Positions 9,644-18,643 of a stretch of 64,000 nucleotides of DNA are shown here, one piece after another (position 1 is the stretch's first letter; the number at the start of each line of letters is the position of its first letter). A program made the translations under genes and the position numbers. Under the pieces are notes generated by a model. That model was not told the origin of the DNA. It made no database searches and was given only the letters and a program-made list of their open reading frames with translations. Source of the stretch: Nitrospirota bacterium (GTDB lineage: Bacteria > Nitrospirota > Thermodesulfovibrionia > UBA6902). The stretch is from contig JACQZG010000009.1 of the NCBI GenBank assembly GCA_016213935.1, positions 647 through 64,646 of the forward strand. The letters are read 5' to 3'.

Positions 9644-9907
9644 ATGTTAAAATCACATATGACAACAGGCCGCAAGAATATATTATTTATATTTGCGATG
9701 CTTGCCGTGTTTGGTTTTTTCTGGGCCATTTCGGGCGAGAGAGCGCATCAGATGCCGGCTGATGATAATCATATTTTCGTTACGGATACCGCGTTATGCA
9801 AAGGCTGCCACATTCCGGCCGGCAGTAATGTTGTGTCAGAAAAACACCCCCCGAAGTTCGAATGCCTTAAATGCCACAAGGCAAAAAGGGCGTCAGGCGG
9901 CCGTTAG
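9644..9907 (+). CDS. Small membrane-anchored di-heme cytochrome c (putative)
   Basis: Hydrophobic N-terminus (ILFIFAMLAVFGFFWAI) and two CXXCH motifs (CKGCH, CLKCH). The start codon is ambiguous (ATG at 9644 or 9659) and the RBS is weak. Confidence 0.4.
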   Translation: MLKSHMTTGRKNILFIFAMLAVFGFFWAISGERAHQMPADDNHIFVTDTALCKGCHIPAGSNVVSEKHPPKFECLKCHKAKRASGGR

Positions 9908-9915
9908 GGCCGGAA

Positions 9916-10248
9916 TCATTTCATGGACCTTGCGAGCTCGATGTATTGCTGAGGAGGCATGATTACTTCAAGCCCGAGGCAGAATGAGTCTCCGTGATTT
10001 GTCGATTTGTCGCTGAACCATCTTACCCGGCAGACGAGATTAAGCGCTCTTGAGGAAGGGATCTTCAAAAAAAGTTCGACGATTGTTTCCTTGGTGAAAT
10101 CCTTGACATGTTTAATTGTAGCCGTGACAAAATACAGCCCGTTCTCCGAGATGTCGAGTATCATGCCGGGATAAACCGTGTCACAGCAGAGCAGTTCTCC
10201 TTCAAGAAAGTCGGTAATTCTTTTAGCTCTTCTTCTCTCAGAACTCAA
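9916..10248 (-). CDS. PilZ domain protein (c-di-GMP binding)
   Basis: N-terminal RRRAKR (RxxxR-type) and the DISENG (DxSxxG) motifs of PilZ. Confidence 0.7.
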   Translation of the reverse strand: MSSERRRAKRITDFLEGELLCCDTVYPGMILDISENGLYFVTATIKHVKDFTKETIVELFLKIPSSRALNLVCRVRWFSDKSTNHGDSFCLGLEVIMPPQQYIELARSMK

Positions 10249-10251
10249 AAA

Positions 10252-10986
10252 TCAAAGCCCCCTTATTCTGAATCGGTAATCATGATACCTTAATATTACA
10301 CCACTGATGGTAATTTCATCTACCACAAGACCCGGAATTATTTTTCCGCCCTCACGGAAGACCTGCCCGTTTATGGTGACGATCCTTGATGAAGGGTTGT
10401 TCGAATAAATGTGCCCGGAGATTGCAATCTCCGGAATTTCGCTTCTGACGGATGAAGGAAGTTCATTGAGTTCAACGACAACCGAGGGATCTGCCGGCGG
10501 GGCTTGCTCCGGCACATCCTCATTTTCCGGGTTACTTATCAGAGTTGGAGAGGTTGATGATGTTTCTTCCTGTTTAGTTGATTCTGTATTTTTATCCAAT
10601 TTTATTGGTTCAATGTTCTTCTCAGGATTAATCACGGGATTGTCGGCAGAATATGTTTTTGAGGCTGTCTTTTTGTCCGGCAGGTTATTCTCGGGATAGT
10701 TGATGAACGGCTTGTATTGAGTCACCGCAGGTTCAGTTTTTATGACACGGTTGTTTATATGTTTCTCCGGCAGACTGACAGAGGTCTCTTTTTTAGTTTC
10801 CCAGGGACGGAGCCATAAAACTATCAGCAGGGCGTTTATCAGCAGGGCAGCAGTAATGATATAAGGCCATAACTGTTTTTGCCGCGCCTTCACCTCTATC
10901 TGCGAGTGAACGGTAAGAAGGTTCGGAACAGCGTCTCTCTTGCGGCTCTCCTCAAGTTTTTTTAATCCGTCAAGTATGATTGACAT
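10252..10986 (-). CDS. Type II secretion system protein B-like (GspB/ExeB family)
   Basis: Short cytoplasmic N-terminus, one TM helix, a Pro/Ser/Glu-rich linker and a C-terminal globular domain (RIVTINGQVFREGGKIIPGLVVDEITISGVILRY). It sits immediately downstream of the GspA-like gene. Confidence 0.55.
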   Translation of the reverse strand: MSIILDGLKKLEESRKRDAVPNLLTVHSQIEVKARQKQLWPYIITAALLINALLIVLWLRPWETKKETSVSLPEKHINNRVIKTEPAVTQYKPFINYPENNLPDKKTASKTYSADNPVINPEKNIEPIKLDKNTESTKQEETSSTSPTLISNPENEDVPEQAPPADPSVVVELNELPSSVRSEIPEIAISGHIYSNNPSSRIVTINGQVFREGGKIIPGLVVDEITISGVILRYHDYRFRIRGL

Positions 10987-10988
10987 TT

Positions 10989-12602
10989 TTATTTACCGGC
11001 CTTATCCGAAAGTCTCGGCATTTTGTCTGAGGTCGATGATATGAGGCGCATGAATGTCTGCGTTCCGATTATTCCGTCAGGTGTAAGCCCTTTTGCGAAT
11101 TGAAACCTTTTCACTTCGTTTACCACCTCATTATCGTAAACAATATTATCTTTACCGGAGGGTTCTCTCTTATTTATAACCGCGAGTTGCGCGTCAAGCC
11201 ATTTTGCCCGCTTGCCGCGTTCGCCGGGACGTATATCGCCTGAATATCCGGGCGGCGTTTTCCAGAGAAGGGTGTATTCTCCGGGCCAGTGCGATTCTAT
11301 CTCTTCAAGAGATGCCATGATACTTTTTTCTTCGAGAAAAAGCTTGCCCGTTTCTCTGTCTACAGATGTAAGTGTCGCGTAATATTCCCTGCCTTCTTCA
11401 TCAAAAAGCCTGAGTACCGCGGGCAGATTTATTGCCAGAAGATTTTCGAAGTTACCTTGGCCGTTGAGACAATTGAGGCCTTGCGCCTTCGCCTGAAGGC
11501 AAGGGGTCCTGCTGTCATGCTTATCATAACCCGCGCCCCATGCCGTAAAAAGCGATTTAAACGCCGTCTTGAGGCTCTCTTCAGGCTGAATAGAAGGGCG
11601 TTCGAGTTTAACTGTATCAGGTTTTGGCTCATGCGCAACTTCAGCGTTAATCATATTTTCTGTCAGAGTAACAGCGTCAACCGGCTTCTCAGGGAAAATT
11701 CTGTCATATGAAACAGCAAACACAATCGCGAATATCGCGGAGAGCGATGCTCCGAAAAGGAGCGGCATCGTCCATCCAAAAGCCCGGGCTCTCGGCGCGT
11801 CAAGAACCTCTTTCGCCGCTTTATCAATTGTCCTCTTATTAACCGTCTGCCTGCCTAATGCAAATGTCCCCAAGAGCGCCCTGTCGCACAATAAATTGAT
11901 GATGCGGGGGATTCCTTTGCTCAGGCTGTAGAGCCTGTCAATCGCCGGTTGAGGGAAGACTTCTCTCTCGAGGCCTGCTATGGAGAGACGGTGTTTTACA
12001 TAGGCGCTGATATCTTTTTTTGAAAGCGGGCCGAGATGGTATCGGGCTATTATCCTCTGGGAAAGCTGCCTCAGCTCCGGCCTTGAGAGTTTTTCGCGAA
12101 GTTCAGGCTGGCCTAAAAGTATTATCTGAAGCAGTTTCTTCTGGCTGGTCTCGAGGTTGGTAAGAAGCCTTAGTTGTTCAAGCACGTCGGGGCTGAGGTT
12201 CTGCGCTTCGTCTATAATGAGCACCGCTTTTTTATCGCGGGAGTGGGTATCGAGCAGATAAGCGTTTATGAGGTCAGTGAAGGCCTTGTTGCTCGGGTTC
12301 TCTTTATTGTATTTGATTCCAAACTCATCACATATGGTCTCTAACAGTTCATTGACCGAGAGCTTTGGGTTGAATATAAATGCTATAGAGGCGTTTTCGG
12401 GTATTTTTTCGAGCAGGCAGCGGCAGACCGTGGTCTTTCCCGTTCCAACCTCTCCAGTGAGGAGGACAAAGCCGCCGAAGCTGTTAAACCCGTATACGAG
12501 GTGCGCCAGGGCCTCGCGGTGCTGTTCGCTCATGTAGAGATAGCGGGGGTCAGGCGCTATTGAAAACGGCTGTTCCCTGAAACCGAAATATTCCTTATAC
12601 AT
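10989..12602 (-). CDS. GspA/ExeA-like AAA+ ATPase with C-terminal peptidoglycan-binding domain
   Basis: Walker A (LLTGEVGTGKTT), a TM helix and a C-terminal PG_binding_1-like region (FQFAKGLTPDGIIGTQTFMRL). The start is moved to the ATG at 12602 (MYKEYFGFREQPF); the track ORF extends upstream to 12737. Confidence 0.8.
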   Translation of the reverse strand: MYKEYFGFREQPFSIAPDPRYLYMSEQHREALAHLVYGFNSFGGFVLLTGEVGTGKTTVCRCLLEKIPENASIAFIFNPKLSVNELLETICDEFGIKYNKENPSNKAFTDLINAYLLDTHSRDKKAVLIIDEAQNLSPDVLEQLRLLTNLETSQKKLLQIILLGQPELREKLSRPELRQLSQRIIARYHLGPLSKKDISAYVKHRLSIAGLEREVFPQPAIDRLYSLSKGIPRIINLLCDRALLGTFALGRQTVNKRTIDKAAKEVLDAPRARAFGWTMPLLFGASLSAIFAIVFAVSYDRIFPEKPVDAVTLTENMINAEVAHEPKPDTVKLERPSIQPEESLKTAFKSLFTAWGAGYDKHDSRTPCLQAKAQGLNCLNGQGNFENLLAINLPAVLRLFDEEGREYYATLTSVDRETGKLFLEEKSIMASLEEIESHWPGEYTLLWKTPPGYSGDIRPGERGKRAKWLDAQLAVINKREPSGKDNIVYDNEVVNEVKRFQFAKGLTPDGIIGTQTFMRLISSTSDKMPRLSDKAGK

Positions 12603-12733
12603 GGCCTTCAAAAAGCATTTGTATAAGAGTATTACATGTGCGGCACAAAATACAACAGGAGAGGCGCGGATTTGTTGAAGTGATCGTTCCGGAAGGCGAG
12701 AAAACGGATGATCAGATACAGGTTCCCGGTGAT

Positions 12734-12955
12734 TCACATAAAAACTTTTCCGTCTTCATCAGTGAAAAACACATGGCGCCTGTTCATGACCATTCTTCTT
12801 TTAAGATGCCTTCTCTGCGGGCCGGCATAGTCAGGGTTTTTCCACACCCTTCTTCTGTCCCTGCGTGTCCTCCTGTCAAAAACGCGCTTGTCTTTCAAAG
12901 GGCAGAGCTTTCCTGCTATCCAGCCGAGTTCGTTTCTGTCTTCAGGGGAGTTCAT
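12734..12955 (-). CDS. Small arginine-rich basic protein (hypothetical)
   Basis: 73 aa with FDRRTRRDRRRVWK. It is a paralog of the upstream ORF, overlaps it by 4 nt and lies upstream of the gspA-like gene on the same strand. Confidence 0.3.
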   Translation of the reverse strand: MNSPEDRNELGWIAGKLCPLKDKRVFDRRTRRDRRRVWKNPDYAGPQRRHLKRRMVMNRRHVFFTDEDGKVFM

Positions 12956-13269
12956 GTCTCATCATCCTTTCTTCTTTCCGTTATTCTTTTTTCTTCATGA
13001 TTTTCCGGAGGGTTGACAATATCGTTTTTCCTTCTTTCGTCTCTTCTCCTATCGTAAAATCTTTCGACAATTTTATCGTCAATATCTATGTATTTAGTCT
13101 TCCTTCTGTTGCGAAACCTTCTCTCATGCCCTTTGTAATGGCCTTTCATGCCGGGTCTTCTCCTGTCATGAAGGGTCCTTCTGTCAGGGCGGCGGCGGCC
13201 GTCGATGCTCATGAAGGCCTTACCTTTTATTATTTCCGCTGCGCCTTCTTTCTCTTTTTCTGAATCCAT
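12952..13269 (-). CDS. Small arginine-rich basic protein (hypothetical)
   Basis: 105 aa with RRRPDRRTLHDRRRPG and further DRR/ERR repeats. An AT-rich promoter-like region lies upstream. Confidence 0.3.
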   Translation of the reverse strand: MDSEKEKEGAAEIIKGKAFMSIDGRRRPDRRTLHDRRRPGMKGHYKGHERRFRNRRKTKYIDIDDKIVERFYDRRRDERRKNDIVNPPENHEEKRITERRKDDET

Positions 13270-13378
13270 GAGTTTGCCTTTTAAATTATTTAAATAATTT
13301 TACCATAAATACAATATGAGTCAACATAAAAACAGTAATAATTTTGTATACTACATCATAGTCTTGGGTTAAATAAAT

Positions 13379-14038
13379 ATGAATCTCAAGCTGGATAACA
13401 TCCAGGTAAGGATACTTGCCTCTCTGATTGAAAAAAAGATAACGACTCCTGAGTATTATCCATTGACCCTGAAGTCTCTGACCGCGGCATGCAATCAGAA
13501 GTCAAACCGCTATCCCGTGGTTTCTTATGATGAAGATACAGTTTTAAGAGGGCTTGAAAGCCTGCATAAAGCCGGGCTCATCGAAAAGATATACAAGGCG
13601 GAGAGCCGTGTTCCAAAGTATCAGCACCTCTTTACAGAGGCCTTTCCATGTACCCGGGGGGAAGTCGCTATATTGTGCGAATTGATGCTTCGCAGAGGGC
13701 AGACGTGCGGCGAGCTGCGCGGCCGGACTGAAAGGCTTTATCGGTTCGGGGGCGTAATCGAGGTGGAGGAGGCATTAAACGCCTTAATGAGCCGTGATGA
13801 GCCTGCCGTCGTTAAACTGCCTCGTCAGCCCGGAAGAAAGGAGCAGAGATATATGCATCTTTTTTCGGAATTGTCCGCGGATGTTATTCAGGATAATGCC
13901 CCTCTTGACGATGGCGCCGCTCAAGCCGTCACGGACGATGCGAGAATCTCAATCCTTGAAGATAAGATAATTAAACTTTCAGGCGAGGTTGAGGCGTTGA
14001 GGAAGGTTTTTGAGGAGTTCAGGGCTGAGTTCGGGTGA
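13379..14038 (+). CDS. yceH: YceH family protein (DUF480/UPF0502)
   Basis: Strong resemblance to E. coli YceH: IEKKITTPEYYPLTL ... TAACNQKSNRYPV ... PGRKEQRYMHLFS. Confidence 0.8.
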   Translation: MNLKLDNIQVRILASLIEKKITTPEYYPLTLKSLTAACNQKSNRYPVVSYDEDTVLRGLESLHKAGLIEKIYKAESRVPKYQHLFTEAFPCTRGEVAILCELMLRRGQTCGELRGRTERLYRFGGVIEVEEALNALMSRDEPAVVKLPRQPGRKEQRYMHLFSELSADVIQDNAPLDDGAAQAVTDDARISILEDKIIKLSGEVEALRKVFEEFRAEFG

Positions 14039-14139
14039 CAGGAATCAACCTTTTGGGGTTCATTGTTTTGGCCAAAAAATATATGTTATACTTAAATAAC
14101 GAAGAAATTTTATTTCAATCAAATCGTAAAAGGAGACGC

Positions 14140-14889
14140 ATGATGAGAAGAATATTGACGTTATCGACACTGATTTTAACTTCTGTTTTTTTAGTTTCAG
14201 TCAATATCGGGTGTGACAGTTCAAAAAAGACGACTGAACCGCAGCAACAGCAGCAGACAAAGCCGGCCACAGGCCCTATCACGAAGGAAACGCACCCGAG
14301 TATTTCGGGCAAAGTCGTTGAGACGATGAACAGCGGAGGTTATACTTATGTAAGGCTCCAGAAGGACGGCAAAGACACCTGGGTCGCCATTAACGAGGCA
14401 AAGATAGAGATCGGGGCGGAGATGGCATTTTATCCGGGTGATGTGATGAACAATTTTACAAGCAAAACGCTTAACCGCACCTTTGACAGCGTTATCTTTT
14501 CACCGGGGGTAGTTGGACAGGAGGCAAATACAACCCCTCCTTTTATGAGCAAAGGCGCGATTAAGACAGAGATACAGGATGTTAAGGTTGAAAAGGCTGC
14601 CGGTTCAGATGCCTACACAATAAATGAGCTCTACCAGAAGAAGGATACTCTTAATAAGAAGACTGTCACTGTAAAGGGAATGGTTGTGAAGGTCTCGACA
14701 GGGATCATGGGCAAGAACTGGGTTCATATTCAGGATGGCACCGCAAAGGATGACCTTGTCGTGACAACTGATACTGTTCCTCTTGAAGGCTCTGTGGTTA
14801 CGGTAAAAGGAACTTTAAGCAAAGACAAGGATTTCGGTGCCGGCTATGTTTATGCCGTATTGATTGAGGATGCGGCGATATCAAAATAG
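14140..14889 (+). CDS. Lipoprotein with two related beta-rich domains (hypothetical)
   Basis: ATG at 14140 with an AGGAG RBS. Signal peptide with a lipobox (VSVNIGC). The two halves share similar segments (GKVVETMNSGGYTYVRLQ / VKGMVVKVSTG...NWVHIQ). Confidence 0.5.
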   Translation: MMRRILTLSTLILTSVFLVSVNIGCDSSKKTTEPQQQQQTKPATGPITKETHPSISGKVVETMNSGGYTYVRLQKDGKDTWVAINEAKIEIGAEMAFYPGDVMNNFTSKTLNRTFDSVIFSPGVVGQEANTTPPFMSKGAIKTEIQDVKVEKAAGSDAYTINELYQKKDTLNKKTVTVKGMVVKVSTGIMGKNWVHIQDGTAKDDLVVTTDTVPLEGSVVTVKGTLSKDKDFGAGYVYAVLIEDAAISK

Positions 14890-14910
14890 GATTTTTGCAT
14901 AAGATCACTA

Positions 14911-14943
14911 AAGCCCCTTACTCGCCGTAAGGGGCTTTTTTTG
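14911..14943 (+). terminator. Rho-independent terminator
   Basis: AAGCCCCTTAC-TCGCC-GTAAGGGGCTT hairpin followed by TTTTTTTG. Confidence 0.65.
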
Positions 14944-14998
14944 TGCCTTGCGAACCTGTCTTAATGTATAATGAACAATAAATTCGAGGGGAATTTGA

Positions 14999-15724
14999 GT
15001 GAATATTAATTTTGGAAGCTGGACAAAGGAAAAGATCGATGAAATCCTTGCCGAAGCGTCAGGCATCGCCAATCAGGGTGAACGGATAATGTTTGTTTCC
15101 GGGTTATTTATCGGGGCACCTTATAAAGCAGGTACTCTTGGAGGAGGGAATGTTAAGGCTGAAGAACTGATTATTGACCTCGAAGGCGTCGACAGCTTTA
15201 CATATCTGGATTATGTAGAGGCGATGAGGATATCTGATGCCTTCTCTGAATTTATCGGGAATCTTGGGAGGGTAAGATACAGGGGAGGGGAGATATCATT
15301 CAGGCAGAGGAATCATTTTTTTACAGACTGGAGAGAATACAACGCGGGACTGGTAAGAGATATAACAAAAGAGATAGGGGGCAGGACGGCTGAAAAGACG
15401 GTAAAACATCTTAACAGGAGAGATGACGGCACTTTTATCCTTGACGGCCTTGAACCTGTCTGGCGGGATATCGTGTATATTCCTGCGGGCAATATCGACA
15501 CCTTTCTGCGTGGCGAACTGCGGACAGGCGATTATATCGGCATATATTCGAACGCGGCGGGGCTTGATGTTTCACACGTCGGGATAATCATAAAGTCAGA
15601 TGATATTTTTTTAAGGCATGCGTCGTCAGACAAGGGAAAAGTTGTTGACGAGAGTTTCAGTGAATATATCGCAGGCAAGCCGGGGATTATTGTGTTACGG
15701 GCTGTGGCGGGACAGGGCAAATGA
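14999..15724 (+). CDS. Hypothetical protein, possibly DUF1460 (amidase-like) family
   Basis: GTG start. ~240 aa soluble protein with YIGIYSNAAGLDVSHVGII. The family assignment is from memory only. It is adjacent to ampG. Confidence 0.35.
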   Translation: MNINFGSWTKEKIDEILAEASGIANQGERIMFVSGLFIGAPYKAGTLGGGNVKAEELIIDLEGVDSFTYLDYVEAMRISDAFSEFIGNLGRVRYRGGEISFRQRNHFFTDWREYNAGLVRDITKEIGGRTAEKTVKHLNRRDDGTFILDGLEPVWRDIVYIPAGNIDTFLRGELRTGDYIGIYSNAAGLDVSHVGIIIKSDDIFLRHASSDKGKVVDESFSEYIAGKPGIIVLRAVAGQGK

Positions 15725-15882
15725 AAAAATGCATTTTGATACAATAAGCGCAGCCTTCGTGAGCAAGACGGTTATTATTATGGCGAACGGTTCCGGAAAT
15801 TCAGAAACGACTTTCAATAAAGCCATCGAATTATGTTTTTTTGAATTTGTATTGTCCGGCCATCATCGGAACAGGTATTTTC

Positions 15883-17106
15883 ATGCACATTTTTAAAACC
15901 ATCTTCAGCCGCAGGATGCTCGTCTCTTTTGTAATGGGCTTTGCCTGCGGCCTGCCGCTTCTTTTAACGATAACAGTGCTTCAGGCATGGATGAAAGAAG
16001 AGGGCGTTGATTTGACAGTGATAGGAGCAATGTCCCTTGTCGGGCTTCCCTACACCATAAAATTCCTCTGGGCGCCTCTTGTGGACCGGTTTACTTTCCC
16101 GTTCTTCGGGAGGAGGCGCGGATGGCTTATTGTTTTTCAAATTGTGCTGACGTGTTCGATCATATTGCTTGGGTTAAGCAACCCGAAGAATATCTGGATG
16201 ATCGCAGCCGCGGCTTTTTTAGTTACGTTCTTCAGTGCGTCACAGGACATCGTTGTTGACGCCTACAGACGGGAAGACCTTGCAGACGCTGAATTGGGTT
16301 TGGGGTCTTCGCTTTATGTTAACGGATACCGCGTCGGGATGCTGTTTGCTTCAGGCGGCGGGCTGATCATGGCTGACCACATCTCCTTTTCAACAGTTTA
16401 CTTTATCATGGCGGCATGCATGCTGCCGGGCATAGCAACAACTCTGCTGACTCCTGAACCTGTGCTTTCTGCTGGAACACCAAAGAATTTGAAAGAGGCG
16501 GTGCTGGATCCTCTCATCGAATATTTCTCCAGGCAGGGCGCATTGTGGATGCTTGCCTTCATCCTTTTCTACAAGATCGGCGACACTATGGCAAGCGCGA
16601 TGACAACGCCGTTCTATCTGGACATCGGGTTTTCGAAAACAGAGATCGGAACAGTAGTAAAATTATTCGGCTTCTGGGCTACTGTCATCGGAAGCTTGAT
16701 AGGCGGTGTTATGATGCTGCGTCTCGGAATCAACCGCTCTCTCTGGATATTCGGTTTTCTGCAGGCGATTTCAACGGCAGGTTTTGTCCTGCTTGCGAAA
16801 ATCGGCTACAGCATACCGATGCTTGCCGGAGTGATCGTGTTTGAGAATTTAAGCGGAGGAATGGGAACAGCAGCCTATGTCGCTTTCATGGGCAGCATCA
16901 CGAATAAAAAATTTACCGCTACACAATACGCCCTGCTAAGCAGCCTGATGGGAGTTCCGCGTGTTCTGGCATCAGCGCCGACCGGCTACATGGCAAAGCA
17001 GATAGGGTGGACAGGGTTTTTTATTGCGTGCACGTTGATTGCGGTTCCGGGGATGCTGCTTCTGCTGAAGTTTGCTCCATGGAAAGAGTCAGTTAAAACT
17101 CTTTAA
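15883..17106 (+). CDS. ampG: AmpG family muropeptide permease (MFS)
   Basis: FVMGFACGLPLLLTITVLQAWMKEEGVDL ... KFLWAPLVDR ... GRRRGWL, matching the conserved AmpG N-terminus, and ~12 TM helices. The start is moved to the ATG at 15883. Confidence 0.85.
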   Translation: MHIFKTIFSRRMLVSFVMGFACGLPLLLTITVLQAWMKEEGVDLTVIGAMSLVGLPYTIKFLWAPLVDRFTFPFFGRRRGWLIVFQIVLTCSIILLGLSNPKNIWMIAAAAFLVTFFSASQDIVVDAYRREDLADAELGLGSSLYVNGYRVGMLFASGGGLIMADHISFSTVYFIMAACMLPGIATTLLTPEPVLSAGTPKNLKEAVLDPLIEYFSRQGALWMLAFILFYKIGDTMASAMTTPFYLDIGFSKTEIGTVVKLFGFWATVIGSLIGGVMMLRLGINRSLWIFGFLQAISTAGFVLLAKIGYSIPMLAGVIVFENLSGGMGTAAYVAFMGSITNKKFTATQYALLSSLMGVPRVLASAPTGYMAKQIGWTGFFIACTLIAVPGMLLLLKFAPWKESVKTL

Positions 17107-17175
17107 TATCAATATATTGCTTATATGGCATAAAGCTTTACATTAAGTCCATCTTTCACTATAATTTTAATAAAG

Positions 17176-17874
17176 ATGAGGAGTTGCTCTCAGAATAAAT
17201 ATTTCATTGCCACAGCAGTCATCTTATTTTTAACCGCTGTCTTATCTTCCTGCGCTGTCATAAAGGCTCCTTACACTATTACTAAAGGAGTTGTTAAGGG
17301 AACATATTACGCCGTGAAAGGCACGTATGAACTGACAGCGGGCACAACAAAGCTTGTCTATAAAATCGGTGAATTCACTTTCAATGTTGTGCGCGCCCCG
17401 CTTGACTGGCCTCTACTGAACAATGAAATAGAGACGATAGACGGACTTCCCGTTAAGGAAGCGATACGTCAGGGAAAGGTAAAAAATTCACCGTATGTTG
17501 TAAAGGGTAAGAAATATTATCCCATGACTGTTGAAATGGCAAAGACATATAACGAAGTCGGAATCGCCTCATGGTACGGGTATGAGACGAGAAATAAAAA
17601 GTTCGGGTACATGACCGCGAATGGAGAAGCATTCAACCCTGAAGAATTGACCGCCGCACACAAATATCTTCCCCTGCCGATAAATGTCAAGGTTACAAAT
17701 CTTGAGAATAAGAGATCGATTGTCGTAAGGGTAAATGACAGAGGGCCTTTCCCGAGCGACCATAACCCTGATTCAGGCAAGAGGATAATAGACTTGAGCA
17801 TGGGCGCGGCAAAACGGCTCGGGTTCTACGAGAAGGGCGTCGCAAAAGTGAGAGTTGAAGTGGTAGGGCTGTGA
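17176..17874 (+). CDS. rlpA: Septal ring lytic transglycosylase RlpA family (DPBB domain) lipoprotein
   Basis: GIASWYGYETRNKKFGYMTANGEAFNPEELTAAHKYLPLPINVKVTNLENKRSIVVRVNDRGPF. Confidence 0.8.
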   Translation: MRSCSQNKYFIATAVILFLTAVLSSCAVIKAPYTITKGVVKGTYYAVKGTYELTAGTTKLVYKIGEFTFNVVRAPLDWPLLNNEIETIDGLPVKEAIRQGKVKNSPYVVKGKKYYPMTVEMAKTYNEVGIASWYGYETRNKKFGYMTANGEAFNPEELTAAHKYLPLPINVKVTNLENKRSIVVRVNDRGPFPSDHNPDSGKRIIDLSMGAAKRLGFYEKGVAKVRVEVVGL

Positions 17875-17887
17875 GATATAACTTCAG

Positions 17888-18568
17888 CTATTTAAACGCA
17901 TACCCTTTTTTAAAGAGCTTTGAACATATTTCGACTACCTCAGGGTCAAAGAGTATCCCGCTGTTTTTTGCAATCTCTTCCAATGCCACGTCAACTCCGT
18001 GCGCGGGGCGGTAGGGGCGGTGAGACGCGATTGCCTCAAATACATCCGCAACTGCCATGATCTTTACCTCGATTATCAGTTCATCTCCCGATAGGCCGTT
18101 CGGATAGCCGCTTCCGTTTATTCTTTCATGATGCTGCAGGACAATGTTTGCAACAGGCCACGGGAAATCAATATCTTTCAGTATGTCATATCCTATCTGT
18201 GTGTGCGTCTTTATAAGGGCAAACTCTATATCAGTAAGTTTACTCGGTTTACTCAGTATTTCAGCCGGAATGGATATTTTTCCGATATCATGAATTGATC
18301 CTCCGATCCGAATCCCGTCGATCTGTTTTTCGGGCAAGCCCATTTCCGTGGCGATGGTTCTTGACAGGTCCGCGACGCGCCTCTGGTGGCCGGCTGTATA
18401 AGGGTCCCTTGTTTCGATCATTCGTGAAATAGCCTCGATCGTGCAGTCAAGAGATTTGCGCAGTTTCTCAAGCGTCGTCTGAAGTATCTCATCTTTGTCT
18501 TTGTCCGTTTTTTTCATAACGTCATATAAGAGAGCGCACCTTTGCGGCTGTCTGCAATAATATATCAC
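17888..18568 (-). CDS. HD-GYP domain phosphohydrolase (c-di-GMP phosphodiesterase-type)
   Basis: HQRRVADL ... IHDIGKISIP ... HHERINGSGYPNGL (HD and GYP motifs). Confidence 0.8.
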   Translation of the reverse strand: MIYYCRQPQRCALLYDVMKKTDKDKDEILQTTLEKLRKSLDCTIEAISRMIETRDPYTAGHQRRVADLSRTIATEMGLPEKQIDGIRIGGSIHDIGKISIPAEILSKPSKLTDIEFALIKTHTQIGYDILKDIDFPWPVANIVLQHHERINGSGYPNGLSGDELIIEVKIMAVADVFEAIASHRPYRPAHGVDVALEEIAKNSGILFDPEVVEICSKLFKKGYAFK

Positions 18569-18643
18569 ATGCTGTCTTAATAGAAAAGAAAAAAAATATG
18601 ATGAGAGGTGAGAAAAATCTCAATCAGGAAAGTTACCAGTGTA

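Noticed and set aside
12638-13263. Plus-strand ORFs 12638-13000 and 12865-13263 overlapping the Arg-rich region
   Set aside because: They are less protein-like (low-complexity, hydrophobic/Ser runs) and run against the gspA operon orientation. The minus-strand Arg-rich ORFs are retained at low confidence.
15618-15896. 92-aa + strand ORF bridging the amidase-like gene and ampG
   Set aside because: It has no RBS or recognisable domain, overlaps the 3' end of one gene and the 5' region of the next, and is likely spurious.
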